From contig NC_010001.1 in assembly GCF_000018685.1 (NCBI RefSeq), forward strand, positions 3,504,038-3,536,037: 32,000 nucleotides of DNA, written 5' to 3'. The translations under genes were made by a program, and so were the position numbers. Origin of the DNA: Lachnoclostridium phytofermentans ISDg (GTDB lineage Bacteria; Bacillota; Clostridia; Lachnospirales; Lachnospiraceae). A model generated the notes under the pieces. That model was given only the letters and a program-made list of their open reading frames with translations. It had not been told where the DNA came from and did no database searches. How positions within the stretch are numbered: position 1 is the first letter of the stretch; each line of letters opens with the position of its first letter. Shown here piece by piece: positions 16,178 through 26,071 of this stretch.

Positions 16178-17533
16178 TTATGACTTATTCCCTAATTCTC
16201 TCCATACAGAACATAACATTGTTACAATGCAGGCAGTTCCTCCAAGAAAATTTGAAATTGGTTCCGCTAAGAAAACTCCATTCGTCCCTAGATGTCCAAC
16301 TCGAGGTAATAAAAGTGTTAATGGAACAACAATAATTGCTTTTCTTAATAAGGAAAAGAAAATCGCATATTTTGATTTTCCAAGAGCGACAAAGGTTGCT
16401 TGCCCTACAAATTGAAGCGACATCATGAAGAATCCAAAATAATAAATTTTCATAGCCGGTACCGCTGCTTTTATTAAATCCGGCTCATGATTAAATAAGC
16501 GTATGAAAAATTCAGGAAACCAATTCAGTAGCCCCCACATAACTAAAGTATAGGAAATCGATGTTACCGCCATGAATTTGATTGCTTTTTTTACACGTTT
16601 ATATTCTGATGCTCCATAATTGAATCCCATCACAGGTTGCGCACTGTTTGTAATTCCGCTTACAGGCATGCTGATGATTTCACGAACAGAATTGATTACC
16701 GTCATTACGCCCACGTACAAATCTCCGCCATAGCTTTGTAATGTGGTATTACAAGCAATCTGAACTGCTCCATTGGTTGCTGACATAATGAATCCAGACA
16801 TTCCAAGTCCGGTGATTGCCTTGACTCGTTGGAGAGATAGTTTCATTGTTTTTCGTCTTAACTTTAAAATTGTCTTTTTTCCAGTTAAAAATTTTAAGAT
16901 CCATAATGCAGAAATCATTTGTGATATTACGGTAGCAATTGCAGCACCTTGAACTCCCATGTCAAATACAAAGATGAGAATTGGGTCTAAAAAAATATTC
17001 GTTATTGCTCCAATTATTACGGAATACATACCAATTTTTCCGAAACCTTGGGCATTGATAAAGCTATTCATCCCTAGTCCTATCATAACAAAGACGCTAC
17101 CGAGCAGATAAATCGAAATATACTGATTAGCAAATGGGTAAGTTGCATCACTTGCCCCAAATAAATATAACATCGGCCGTTTTAGCAGAAAGCAAGCAAG
17201 AGTAATAAATAATCCGGAACTTAGAAGTAAAGCAAAAGAGTTTCCCATAATCGCTTCCGCTTCTTCATTATCCCCTCTTCCCCTTGCTATGGAACATAGT
17301 GGGGCTCCACCCATACCAAACAAATTCGCAAAAGCAATGATGATTGTAATAATAGGGAGTGTCAAACCCATACCGGTTAATGCTAATGTAGCATCTTTTG
17401 GCAACAAACCTATGTACATTCTGTCTACAATATTATATAGAACATTTACTAGCTGTGCTAAAGTCATTGGGATTGCAAGTTTTATTATATTTCCAACTAC
17501 GCTTCCTTTGGAAAAATCATTCGTTTGTGCCAT
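16178..17533 (-). CDS. MATE-family efflux transporter
   Basis: 12-TM profile with the typical MATE N-terminus (GNIIKLAIPMTLAQLVNVLYNIVDRMYIG). The ATG at 17533 is preceded by GGGTGGAAG. Confidence 0.9.
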   Translation of the reverse strand: MAQTNDFSKGSVVGNIIKLAIPMTLAQLVNVLYNIVDRMYIGLLPKDATLALTGMGLTLPIITIIIAFANLFGMGGAPLCSIARGRGDNEEAEAIMGNSFALLLSSGLFITLACFLLKRPMLYLFGASDATYPFANQYISIYLLGSVFVMIGLGMNSFINAQGFGKIGMYSVIIGAITNIFLDPILIFVFDMGVQGAAIATVISQMISALWILKFLTGKKTILKLRRKTMKLSLQRVKAITGLGMSGFIMSATNGAVQIACNTTLQSYGGDLYVGVMTVINSVREIISMPVSGITNSAQPVMGFNYGASEYKRVKKAIKFMAVTSISYTLVMWGLLNWFPEFFIRLFNHEPDLIKAAVPAMKIYYFGFFMMSLQFVGQATFVALGKSKYAIFFSLLRKAIIVVPLTLLLPRVGHLGTNGVFLAEPISNFLGGTACIVTMLCSVWRELGNKS

Positions 17534-17566
17534 CTTATCTTCCACCCTATTTCTGTCTTGATACGT

Positions 17567-17604
17567 AATTACGGAAGGATACTAAACCATACCCTTCCGT
17601 AATT
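17567..17604. promoter_or_regulatory. Perfect 12-bp inverted repeat overlapping the MATE promoter -10/+1 (candidate operator or 5' UTR hairpin)
   Basis: AATTACGGAAGG (17567-17578), 14 nt, CCTTCCGTAATT (17593-17604). Confidence 0.4.
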
Positions 17605-17630
17605 TTAGACCCCTTATTTCAATATGTCAA
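17602..17630 (-). promoter_or_regulatory. Sigma-A-type promoter for the MATE gene
   Basis: Minus strand TTGACA (17630-17625), 17 nt, TAAAAT (17607-17602). Confidence 0.5.
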
Positions 17631-17710
17631 GTTTCTCACTTTTGTAGACCTAAAGTTTCTCACTTTTTATAGCCCTAAAGTTTTTCACTTTTTATAGACC
17701 TAAAACTCAC
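17629..17710. repeat. About 3.4 x 23-25-bp tandem direct repeat abutting the MATE -35
   Basis: The units are AAGTTTCTCACTTTTGTAGACCT, AAAGTTTCTCACTTTTTATAGCCCT, AAAGTTTTTCACTTTTTATAGACCT and a partial AAAACTCAC. Confidence 0.8.
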
Positions 17711-17776
17711 GTAACATAAGAGTAACTAAGCTATATTGTATTTTGACGATTCCTACTCAACTATATCTCTTCTTTA

Positions 17777-18658
17777 TTAGAGCAGTAGTAAAAACGTCCC
17801 CAGTACAATGAAAGCTAATCCAATGAAGGCTTTTTTACTCAGTTTTTCTTTAAAAACAAAATAAGAAAATGCAACGGTAATTACGATGCTTAATTTATCA
17901 ATAGGTGCAACTACGCTCGCTGGGCCAGTCTGTAGTGCTCGATAATAACATAACCAGGAACCACCTGTTGCAAGACCTGATAAGATTAAAAACAACCAAC
18001 TTTTCCGATCTATATTTTTTATAGTATTTTGCTTTTTGGTTACAAACACCACGATCCAAGCCATGATTAATACAACAACGGTACGGATCGCAGTTCCAAG
18101 GTTCGAATCGATATGTTCAATTCCAACTTTCCCAAGTATAGAAGTTAAACTGGCAAAAATTGCAGAACCAAATGCATATAAGATCCATGCATGTCTTTCA
18201 CTGCTCCTATTTTTTTCACTGCTCTTATTCTTTTCACTTCGTTTTTTTTCTATCATCAGGTAGGTACCTGCTGCGATTATGATATAAGCAATAGCTTTTA
18301 CTACAGTTACACTTTCATGAAGAAATAAAAAAGCGAAACAAAACGTTAATACCGTACTAGACTTATCGATTGGAGTTACTTTATTAATATCTCCAAGTTG
18401 TAATGCCTTAAAATAACAAAGCCATGAAGCACCAGTAGATATTCCTGACAATATTAAAAATATCCAGGTCTTAACGGCTATATTACCAATACCCCCTTGG
18501 CTATTCACAAGGAATACCATAATCCATGAGAAGATGAGAACTACAATCGTCCTTAATGCAGTCGCAACATTAGAATCTGTATTTTTAATTCCACACTTCG
18601 CTAAAATAGCCGTTAAGCCTGCAAATAACGCTGATAAAAATGCAAATAATATCCACAT
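17777..18658 (-). CDS. EamA/DMT-superfamily transporter made of two homologous EamA halves
   Basis: Halves 1 and 2 align to each other (WILFAFLSALFAGLTAILAKCGIKNTDSNVATALRTIVVL versus WILYAFGSAIFASLTSILGKVGIEHIDSNLGTAIRTVVVL). I prefer the start at the M15 ATG (18658). Confidence 0.85.
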   Translation of the reverse strand: MWILFAFLSALFAGLTAILAKCGIKNTDSNVATALRTIVVLIFSWIMVFLVNSQGGIGNIAVKTWIFLILSGISTGASWLCYFKALQLGDINKVTPIDKSSTVLTFCFAFLFLHESVTVVKAIAYIIIAAGTYLMIEKKRSEKNKSSEKNRSSERHAWILYAFGSAIFASLTSILGKVGIEHIDSNLGTAIRTVVVLIMAWIVVFVTKKQNTIKNIDRKSWLFLILSGLATGGSWLCYYRALQTGPASVVAPIDKLSIVITVAFSYFVFKEKLSKKAFIGLAFIVLGTFLLLL

Positions 18659-18946
18659 ACCCTTCTTACATATTGAAAAACAATATGTTATCCTTTCCAC
18701 CCATTCGCTTCAATGCACTAATTGAATTGATTTCCTTTTTGTATCCTATGAAATAACAAATCTGTTAATGTCATTATAATTTTAATACAATAGATGAAAA
18801 ATGCAACTATTTTCTAATCGTAGCAATACAGCTGTTTAAGTGTATTGTAACTTTTCTATGAATAGAAAAGTGTCTTTCATACAAGTTTGTTGATATTTAA
18901 AAAATAATTATCATTCAAACTGGTTTGGTTGCTTAGTAAATAAATT

Positions 18947-20932
18947 TTATCGTTCAAACTGACTTGGATGCTTCGCGAAAAAGTCAACTCTTGGTTCCAA
19001 ATATTTAAGCTCGTGTTCTCCTTCTGCGGATATAAAATAAGATAACGGTTCAAACACATGCTCCCAAGAAAAGAACTCTTTCCCGACTTTTAGATATTCT
19101 TGTATCATTTCACAACCTCTTGGCGCAATAGGATGAAGTAATATAGAAGTCGTACGTACACCATGGAAGCAATCAATTAAGAGCTGTTTTAATTTTTCTT
19201 TATCTTCAGATTCCTGTGCCATCTTAATTCCATTCGCCCATCGCTTATTCATAGAACGAATATACGTGTCTAATACATACGTAATACTATGAAACTCATG
19301 ACGATACATATGCTCTTCGTATTTTAAAATCGTATCCTTCGCCTCATCAATTACCTCCTGACTTACAGCTCCTAACGGAAGCTTTCCATCGAAATCAGAC
19401 TGTACCTGATAAAAACAGGAACGAATCAAACGGTTAAACACATTTGTAAGAAGATTGCCATCTTTTAATACCGGATCTGCACCTATCTGTTCTTCTTTTG
19501 GCAAATATACCTGCGGCATAAAGCTAACGCTCTTATTGGCTAATCCTAAACTTAAAAAATGGATTCTCAGTTGCTCATCCGTATAATAATCAAGAAGTTC
19601 ACCAGCCATTGGAGGTTTGATATCAGAACTGCTGCTTGCTTTCTTATCCATAAATAAAATATGATTATTGGCAACAAGCATTGGAAGTTTTACCTTTGCC
19701 ATATCAATATGATTTACCTCCTCACTAAAGAGAACTGCAAACATCGCCATCTCAGCTATTCCATAAAAGTAAATATTATCTTCACCGATAAATTGATACA
19801 CTTCGCTATCCTCATGAAGAAAATAATCCTTCCATAATTCCTCGGCTTTCCCTTGAAGTTTTAAATATTCTCTAATAAATGAAATCGGCGCCCATAGAGA
19901 TTCTGGCCATACCCAAAAGGTTAAATCTTCTTCACCTGGTACCGGAACTCCCCATTCGATATTTCCTGTTAAGCGAAATGGCACTAATGTTTTACCAGTA
20001 CGATAGCGAAGCCCCCCTGCTGCTAAGATATCTTTTGCTCTATCTCTATCATTTAGATTTTTAAATACAAAAGTTACAGAAGGTTTCTTCTCCTCATTGA
20101 TGGTTTCATGCGCTGGTAGCTTTTCTTCTAATTCTTTTAAATCCGCGATTTGCTTTTTTAATACATGCATTACTGGAGGTTTTAAAAATTCTTCAATTGT
20201 ATTTAATAAATACTTTCTAGATACCGTATTCTTTCTTAGCCAATCAATCCTAGTCTGAAGCATTTCTGTGCAGTCTTCTAAACGGAAGTACCAATTATTA
20301 ACCTCTTTCATAATTGGGGTTTTTCCTGATAAAGTGCTCTTTGGGTTTATCAAATCACTTGGCATATACTGATGTCCTAGGGAACATTCATCTGCATATC
20401 CATGTTCGGATTGACACCCTTCAATTGGACATTGGCCTACAACCTGTCTACCATTTAAGAACACATTAAAATCAGGATCATAAAACTGTGTTGTTGTCAA
20501 TTTTTCTAAATAGCCTTGTTCTTTTAACTTTAAAAATACTTCTTCTGATACCTTCTCATGAATTTCACCAGCCTCACCTAGTGCAGAGGCTGCATAAAGG
20601 TTTGGAGATATCTGATATTATTCAAGTACTTCTTTTTGTTTTTCATGATTACTACGAACATAATCTGTGATCGATCCAACATTCTCATTCTCTTCTAGTT
20701 TTTTACGATAGCTTTCCAAAATCGGTGAGCCATAACAATCTGTTCCCGAAACAAATATTACATTTTCCTCTCCGATACGATCTCGCAAAAATCTTGCAAA
20801 GGTATCTGCATGAACAAACATACCACCAACATGGCCAAAATGAAGTTCTTTATTGCCATAAGGCATTCCTGCTGTAACAACTGCGCGCTTTGGAAAAACT
20901 GGACGCGTCTTTTCTTTTTTCCATTCAGACAT
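18947..20932 (-). pseudogene. metG: Methionyl-tRNA synthetase interrupted by one in-frame TAA (20618-20620)
   Basis: Track ORFs 20618..20989 and 18947..20500 are in the same frame. The 39 codons between them (YQISPNLYAASALGEAGEIHEKVSEEVFLKLKEQGYLEKL) are open and continue the MetRS alignment. A HIGH-type motif HFGH is present. The start is the ATG at 20932, directly after the T-box terminator. Confidence 0.8.
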
Positions 20933-21333
20933 AAAAAAATCACCTCTTGCGTTATATTTAGCAAGGGGCGAATGAATTCGCGGTACCACCCTATTTCATT
21001 GATACGTCACCATATCAACCTTATCAAGTACACTTAGATACTCTAGTCCTGTAACGGAGACAACCGTCATAGCATCAATAAAATAAGGCAACAACCATTA
21101 ATATTCTGGTAATCATTAATTCTCTAGTAGCCATTAATATTCAGGTTACCATTATTTCTCCAGTGGTATTCATTAATTCTCTGGTAACCATTAATACTTG
21201 GTATTCCTAATTTTATATCCGTATGCAGCTCCGAGTCTTGTTTCACCATTCTTTCACTACCTTCTTCCACCAACCGAAGGCTCTCTGTAAGTGTTAGAAA
21301 GACTACTCTTCTCTTCCTAGCCTTTTTCTTGTT
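20933..21333 (-). promoter_or_regulatory. T-box riboswitch leader with candidate AUG (Met) specifier
   Basis: On the minus strand, the conserved T-box sequence AGGGTGGTACCGCG lies at 20992-20979, followed by a terminator hairpin and T-run (20970-20933). Stem I-like AGAGA/GAGTA elements are present. GTGAAAGAATGG contains the candidate specifier at 21249-21247. Confidence 0.85.
21093..21202. repeat. About 6 tandem 17-21-nt repeats inside the T-box leader
   Basis: Plus-strand units are AACCATTAATATTCTGGT, AATCATTAATTCTCTAGT, AGCCATTAATATTCAGGT, TACCATTATTTCTCCAGTGGT, ATTCATTAATTCTCTGGT and AACCATTAATACTTGGT. Confidence 0.8.
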
Positions 21334-21339
21334 TTCTGT

Positions 21340-21368
21340 ATTATAGTTTTAATCTTACATTATGTCAA
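21340..21368 (-). promoter_or_regulatory. Consensus sigma-A promoter driving the T-box/metG transcript
   Basis: Minus strand TTGACA (21368-21363), 17 nt, TATAAT (21345-21340). Confidence 0.65.
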
Positions 21369-21557
21369 GGGCTAATCGCTCTATGATTGTTTAATTGATA
21401 CGCTAATCACTTAATTGAATTAGCCTTCTCTTATATTATAAGAATATATTTTAAGAATAACCAAGGTATACTCCTACTAATCCATATTCCGTAATATGAT
21501 ATCATTTTTGTTTATGCTATAATAACACTGATAAATCAAAGTTTGCAGGGGGTATTT

Positions 21558-22265
21558 ATGAAAATCAGATGTGTTTGGGAACATAACGGAAACGATACGC
21601 TCCTTTATTCAGATAACTTTATCGGAGCATATACAAGGGGAAGATCAAAAGATATAGCACTGGAAAAAATGCAAGGAGAAGTGGAATCATATCTTAGATG
21701 GCAAAACGAATTGATCCCTGATTCACTTGTACCAGAGATAGTACAACAAAAGGAAAGTCAATTGCAAATTTGCGATGCAGATTCCGACATTATCTTTGAT
21801 GAAGAAAAGAAACCTTTAACCAAAGAAGAGTATTTACGTTTGAAAGAATTGGCTTTAAAATCTGCAAGCGATTTTTTGAAATTATATGAAATGATTCCCG
21901 ATAAAAATAAAAGCGTTTTACCAAAAAGAAAAACCTTTTATGGTGATGCACCAAGAACAGCTTATGAGATGTATGAACATACCAAAAATGTAAACTCATA
22001 CTATTTCGGAGAGATTAATACTCAAGTTGATAACAAAGGAACAATTTATACGTGTCGAAAAAAAGGATTTGAATTATTGGAGCAGAATTCTAATTATTTG
22101 ATCAATCAATTAGTTGAAAGTAGTTATGATGAGTTTTGGTCTTTGAGAAAAGTTTTGAGACGTTTTATATGGCATGATAGAATACATGCCAAGGCAATGT
22201 ATAAGATGGCTATTAAGACATTTGGCTATAATTCGGTTGAAAATGTATTTAAATTTAATACATAA
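21558..22265 (+). CDS. Hypothetical protein, with a possible DinB-like helical bundle at the C-terminus
   Basis: I prefer the ATG at 21558, which has GGGGG upstream. The C-terminal RRFIWHDRIHAKAMY and YEHTKN segments are His-rich and helical, reminiscent of DinB-type metal sites. The assignment is weak. Confidence 0.55.
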   Translation: MKIRCVWEHNGNDTLLYSDNFIGAYTRGRSKDIALEKMQGEVESYLRWQNELIPDSLVPEIVQQKESQLQICDADSDIIFDEEKKPLTKEEYLRLKELALKSASDFLKLYEMIPDKNKSVLPKRKTFYGDAPRTAYEMYEHTKNVNSYYFGEINTQVDNKGTIYTCRKKGFELLEQNSNYLINQLVESSYDEFWSLRKVLRRFIWHDRIHAKAMYKMAIKTFGYNSVENVFKFNT

Positions 22266-22434
22266 GTTCAAATTTATCGATTACCTTATAAATAAAGGGA
22301 GTTACAGAGAACTAAAATGTTGAATAAAATCTAACACTTTGGTTCCCTGCACCCCCTTTACTTATACGATATTATAGTGGCATACAATTAAATGGTACAC
22401 TATAACATCGTATACTCTATAACATCTTTTATAC

Positions 22435-23181
22435 TTATTTATAATTTACAATCTGTCCAAAGTCAGGTTTTAAGCTAGCGCCACCAACTAAGCCACCATC
22501 GATATCTGATTGAGTAAATAATTCTGGTGCACTTGCAGCTGTAACGCTACCGCCATACTGAATACGAATAGCTTCTGCAGTTGTTTCACCATAAAGCTCA
22601 CCGATACATACACGGATTGCAGCACAAACTTCCTGAGCTTGCTCTGTTGTTGCTACTTTACCTGTACCAATTGCCCAAATAGGTTCGTAAGCAATTACGG
22701 TTGTTGCTGCTTGCTCTGCTGTTACATTTAAGAAAGCTATTTTAATTTGCTGACGAATCCAGTCTATTGTAATTCCTTGCTCTCTTTGTGTTAAGGACTC
22801 ACCGCAACAGATAATTGGAGTAATTCCGTGCTCTAATGCCTTTAATACTTTCTTATTTACTGTAATATCAGATTCTGCAAAGTATTCTCTTCTTTCAGAA
22901 TGTCCAATTATAACATATTTTACGCCGATATCAGTTAACATGTTAGGAGCGATTTCTCCAGTATAAGCACCACTCTCTTCATAAAACATATTCTCAGCAC
23001 CAATAGAAATGTTTGATCCCTTCGCTGCTTCAATTGCAGTTGTTAAAGAAATCGCTGGTACACAAAATACTACGTCTACATCATCATTTTTAACTAATGG
23101 CTTTAATTCTTCTATTAACTTAACAGTCTCACTTGGAGTCTTGTTCATTTTCCAGTTACCTGCAATAATTTTTCTACGCAT
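22435..23181 (-). CDS. tpiA: Triosephosphate isomerase
   Basis: The product carries [26 protein letters not shown] and GGASL. Confidence 0.95.
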
Positions 23182-23317
23182 TGTTTGTTCTCCTTATTCT
23201 TTTTAGTCTATTATGTATGATGGCTGCTTGTTAGGAGCGCATACCGCTTCAAACAAACAGCCATGCATCGACTATTGTATTATAACCAATAAAACTGAAA
23301 AGATTTATAATTTTATA

Positions 23318-24511
23318 TTATTTATCGTTAGCTGCTACTACACCTGGAAGCTCTTTGCCTTCAAGGAACTCTAAGGAAGCACCGCCACCTGTTGAGATAT
23401 GAGACATCTTGTCTCCAAATCCTAACTGATTAACAGCTGCTGCAGAATCACCACCACCGATGATTGTTGTAGCATCAATATCAGCCATAGCCTGAGCTAC
23501 TGCGATTGTACCCTTTGCATAATTAGACATTTCGAATACACCCATTGGTCCATTCCATACTACTGTCTTAGCACTCTTAAGAGCATCTGCATAAAGTTCG
23601 CAAGTCTTTGGTCCAATATCAAGACCTTCTTCATCTGCTTCGATTTCTCCACGGCCAACTATTCTGGATGGAGCATCGTTACTGAACTCTTTTGCAACTA
23701 CTGTGTCGATAGGAAGTAATAAGTTAACACCATTCTTCTTAGCTTTTTCCATCATTTCTTTTGCATAATCGATGTAATCAGCCTCTAATAAAGAATTACC
23801 AACTTCTTCTCCAAGAGCCTTCATGAAAGTATAAGCCATACCACCACCGATGATAAGGGTATCTACTTTATCAAGAAGGTTGTTAATTACGGAAATCTTA
23901 GAAGAAACTTTAGAACCACCAAGGATAGCGACTAAAGGTCTTACTGGATTATTTACTGCATTTCCTAAGAAGTCGATTTCTTTCTGCATTAAGTAACCAA
24001 CTACTGCTGTATCAACAAACTGTGTGATACCAACATTAGAGCAATGTGCTCTATGAGCTGTACCAAATGCATCATTTACGAATACATCGCAAAGGGAAGC
24101 AAGTTCTTTAGAGAAAGCTTCACCATTTTTTGTCTCTTCTGCTCTGTAACGAGTATTCTCAAGTAATACTACATCTCCATCGTTCATAGCAGCAACAGCA
24201 GCCTTTGCATTCTCACCAACTACAGTTGCATCTGCAGCGAATTTAACTTCTTTAGAAAGTAATTTAGCTAAAGCTTCTGCAACAGGAGCTAGGGATAACT
24301 CTGGCTTTGGCTCTCCCTTTGGCTTACCAAGATGGGAGCAAAGAATAACCTTTCCACCATCATTGATTAATTTCTTAATAGTAGGAAGTGCAGCTACAAG
24401 ACGAGTATCGTCTGTAATCTTTCCTTCTTGTAATGGTACGTTAAAGTCACAACGAACTAAAACTCTTTTTCCTTTTACATTGATATCATCAACTGATTTC
24501 TTGTTTAACAT
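23318..24511 (-). CDS. pgk: Phosphoglycerate kinase
   Basis: The product carries [16 protein letters not shown] and [13 protein letters not shown]. The start is at M33 of the track ORF (24511), with AGGAG 8 nt upstream. Confidence 0.95.
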   Translation of the reverse strand: MLNKKSVDDINVKGKRVLVRCDFNVPLQEGKITDDTRLVAALPTIKKLINDGGKVILCSHLGKPKGEPKPELSLAPVAEALAKLLSKEVKFAADATVVGENAKAAVAAMNDGDVVLLENTRYRAEETKNGEAFSKELASLCDVFVNDAFGTAHRAHCSNVGITQFVDTAVVGYLMQKEIDFLGNAVNNPVRPLVAILGGSKVSSKISVINNLLDKVDTLIIGGGMAYTFMKALGEEVGNSLLEADYIDYAKEMMEKAKKNGVNLLLPIDTVVAKEFSNDAPSRIVGRGEIEADEEGLDIGPKTCELYADALKSAKTVVWNGPMGVFEMSNYAKGTIAVAQAMADIDATTIIGGGDSAAAVNQLGFGDKMSHISTGGGASLEFLEGKELPGVVAANDK

Positions 24512-24645
24512 ACGTAAAACTCCTTTCTTTATCGAAACAGCGAAACGGCTTCCCCGTTTTTCTGCAAAATTTATTCTAGGTAGGAGATATTTTCTATAAC
24601 AATACACCTATGTGGATGTAAATTCAAGAAATTTCCTAGTAATTT

Positions 24646-24680
24646 AAAAAATGGGTCCGGTCCATAAAGACCGGACCCAT
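24646..24680 (-). terminator. Hairpin plus T-run between gap and pgk
   Basis: Minus strand ATGGGTCCGGTC-TTTATG-GACCGGACCCAT followed by TTTTT. Confidence 0.75.
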
Positions 24681-24693
24681 ACTGGATCTTCTA

Positions 24694-25704
24694 TTATGCT
24701 AATTCAGCGAAGTACTTGATTGTTCTTACCATCTGGCTTGTGTAAGAATTCTCATTGTCGTACCAAGAAACGATCTTAACTAAAGTCTTTCCATCAGGAA
24801 GCTCTGTAACCTTAGTCTGAGTTGCATCGAATAAAGAACCATATCTAATTCCAATGACATCAGAAGATACTAACTCTTCCTCTGTGTAACCAAAAGATTC
24901 ACTAGCTGCTGCCTTCATAGCTGCATTGATGTCATTCTTAGTTACTTTCTTGTTAACAACTGCTACTAACTCAGTAGTAGATCCTGTTGGAACTGGAACT
25001 CTTTGAGCTGCACCGTCTAATTTACCAGCTAAATCTGGAATAACTAAACCAATTGCCTTAGCAGCACCAGTGCTGTTAGGAACGATGTTACAAGCAGCTG
25101 CACGAGCTCTTCTTAAATCGCCTTTTCTGTGTGGTCCATCAAGTACCATCTGATCACCTGTGTAAGCGTGGATTGTAGTCATGAAACCTTTTTCAATTGA
25201 AGCTAACTTGTTTAATGTATCTGCCATAGGAGCTAAACAGTTTGTTGTACAAGAAGCTGCAGAAATGATTGTATCTTCAGCTGTTAATGTATTTTCATTT
25301 ACGCTGAAAACGACAGTAGGAAGATCATCACCAGCTGGAGCGGAGATAACAACCTTCTTAGCACCAGCATCAATGTGTGCCTGAGATTTAGCCTTGGATA
25401 CATAGAAACCTGTACATTCAAGTACAACGTCTACTCCAAGTGTTCCCCAAGGAAGTTTAGAAGCATCTGCTTCAGCATAAATTTTAATTTCCTTACCGTC
25501 AACTACGATAGAAGACTCTTTTGCTTCTACTGTGTGTCCGTCATATCTTCCCTGAGCTGAATCATACTTTAACAAATGAGCTAACATAGCTGGGCTTGTT
25601 AAATCGTTGATTGCTACTACTTCGTAACCTTCTGCGCCAAACATCTGTCTGAATGCAAGACGACCGATACGTCCAAAACCATTAATTGCTACTTTTACTG
25701 CCAT
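24694..25704 (-). CDS. gap: Glyceraldehyde-3-phosphate dehydrogenase
   Basis: The product carries [18 protein letters not shown] and WYDNE. The start is MAVKVAING at 25704, with AGGAGG upstream. Confidence 0.95.
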   Translation of the reverse strand: MAVKVAINGFGRIGRLAFRQMFGAEGYEVVAINDLTSPAMLAHLLKYDSAQGRYDGHTVEAKESSIVVDGKEIKIYAEADASKLPWGTLGVDVVLECTGFYVSKAKSQAHIDAGAKKVVISAPAGDDLPTVVFSVNENTLTAEDTIISAASCTTNCLAPMADTLNKLASIEKGFMTTIHAYTGDQMVLDGPHRKGDLRRARAAACNIVPNSTGAAKAIGLVIPDLAGKLDGAAQRVPVPTGSTTELVAVVNKKVTKNDINAAMKAAASESFGYTEEELVSSDVIGIRYGSLFDATQTKVTELPDGKTLVKIVSWYDNENSYTSQMVRTIKYFAELA

Positions 25705-26071
25705 GATTAAATTCCTCCTAAATGAAATTTTATAATATACTGTCATAAATACTAACCAAAGTGGACAGCTATTAATTTATTTCTTGGATTGTTAAGATTT
25801 TGTCAAAGACTAAGCCTGACTATAACCAAAATCCTTCTCTATTTTACCCAATTTGTAATATAATTTCAAGCAAATTTTATTATTTTACTAATTATTAACA
25901 CTTAGGCTATAATTCAACCTTTTCCATTCTTTTTTTTGTGCATTTTATAATTATAATTTTGTTAATAAAAATGATAGGGTTAATAATTAAGCTGACTTAT
26001 TTTTGATTTGTATTGTAACTATTATTAACTTGAAATTATGTTTATATTTCCCTTGAACAAAATGTTAGTAT

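Noticed and set aside
16140-16415. 91-aa plus-strand ORF
   Set aside because: It is antisense to the 3' end of the MATE transporter gene and has no SD.
20618-20620. Programmed recoding (selenocysteine or pyrrolysine) at the metG stop
   Set aside because: The codon is TAA, not TGA or TAG. I also saw no SECIS-like hairpin immediately downstream.
20933-20989. N-terminal extension of the metG ORF (MVPRIHSPLAKYNARGDFF)
   Set aside because: It overlaps the T-box conserved sequence and terminator. The ATG at 20932, directly after the T-run and preceded by GAGGTG, is the real start.
21093-21202. CRISPR array
   Set aside because: The units are only 17-21 nt, directly abutting with no spacers, and degenerate. 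They lie inside a T-box leader, and there are no cas genes in the window.
23182-23317. Hairpin ATGGCTGCTTGTT...AACAAACAGCCAT between pgk and tpiA, considered as a terminator
   Set aside because: No T-run follows on the transcribed (minus) strand. It is more likely an intra-operon stem-loop and is not reported as a terminator.
24512-24607. Long N-terminal extension of the pgk track ORF (the gap track ORF has a similar one at 25705..25746)
   Set aside because: The conserved protein N-termini (MLNKKSVDD..., MAVKVAING...) begin at internal ATGs with strong AGGAG(G) sites. The extensions have no homology signal.
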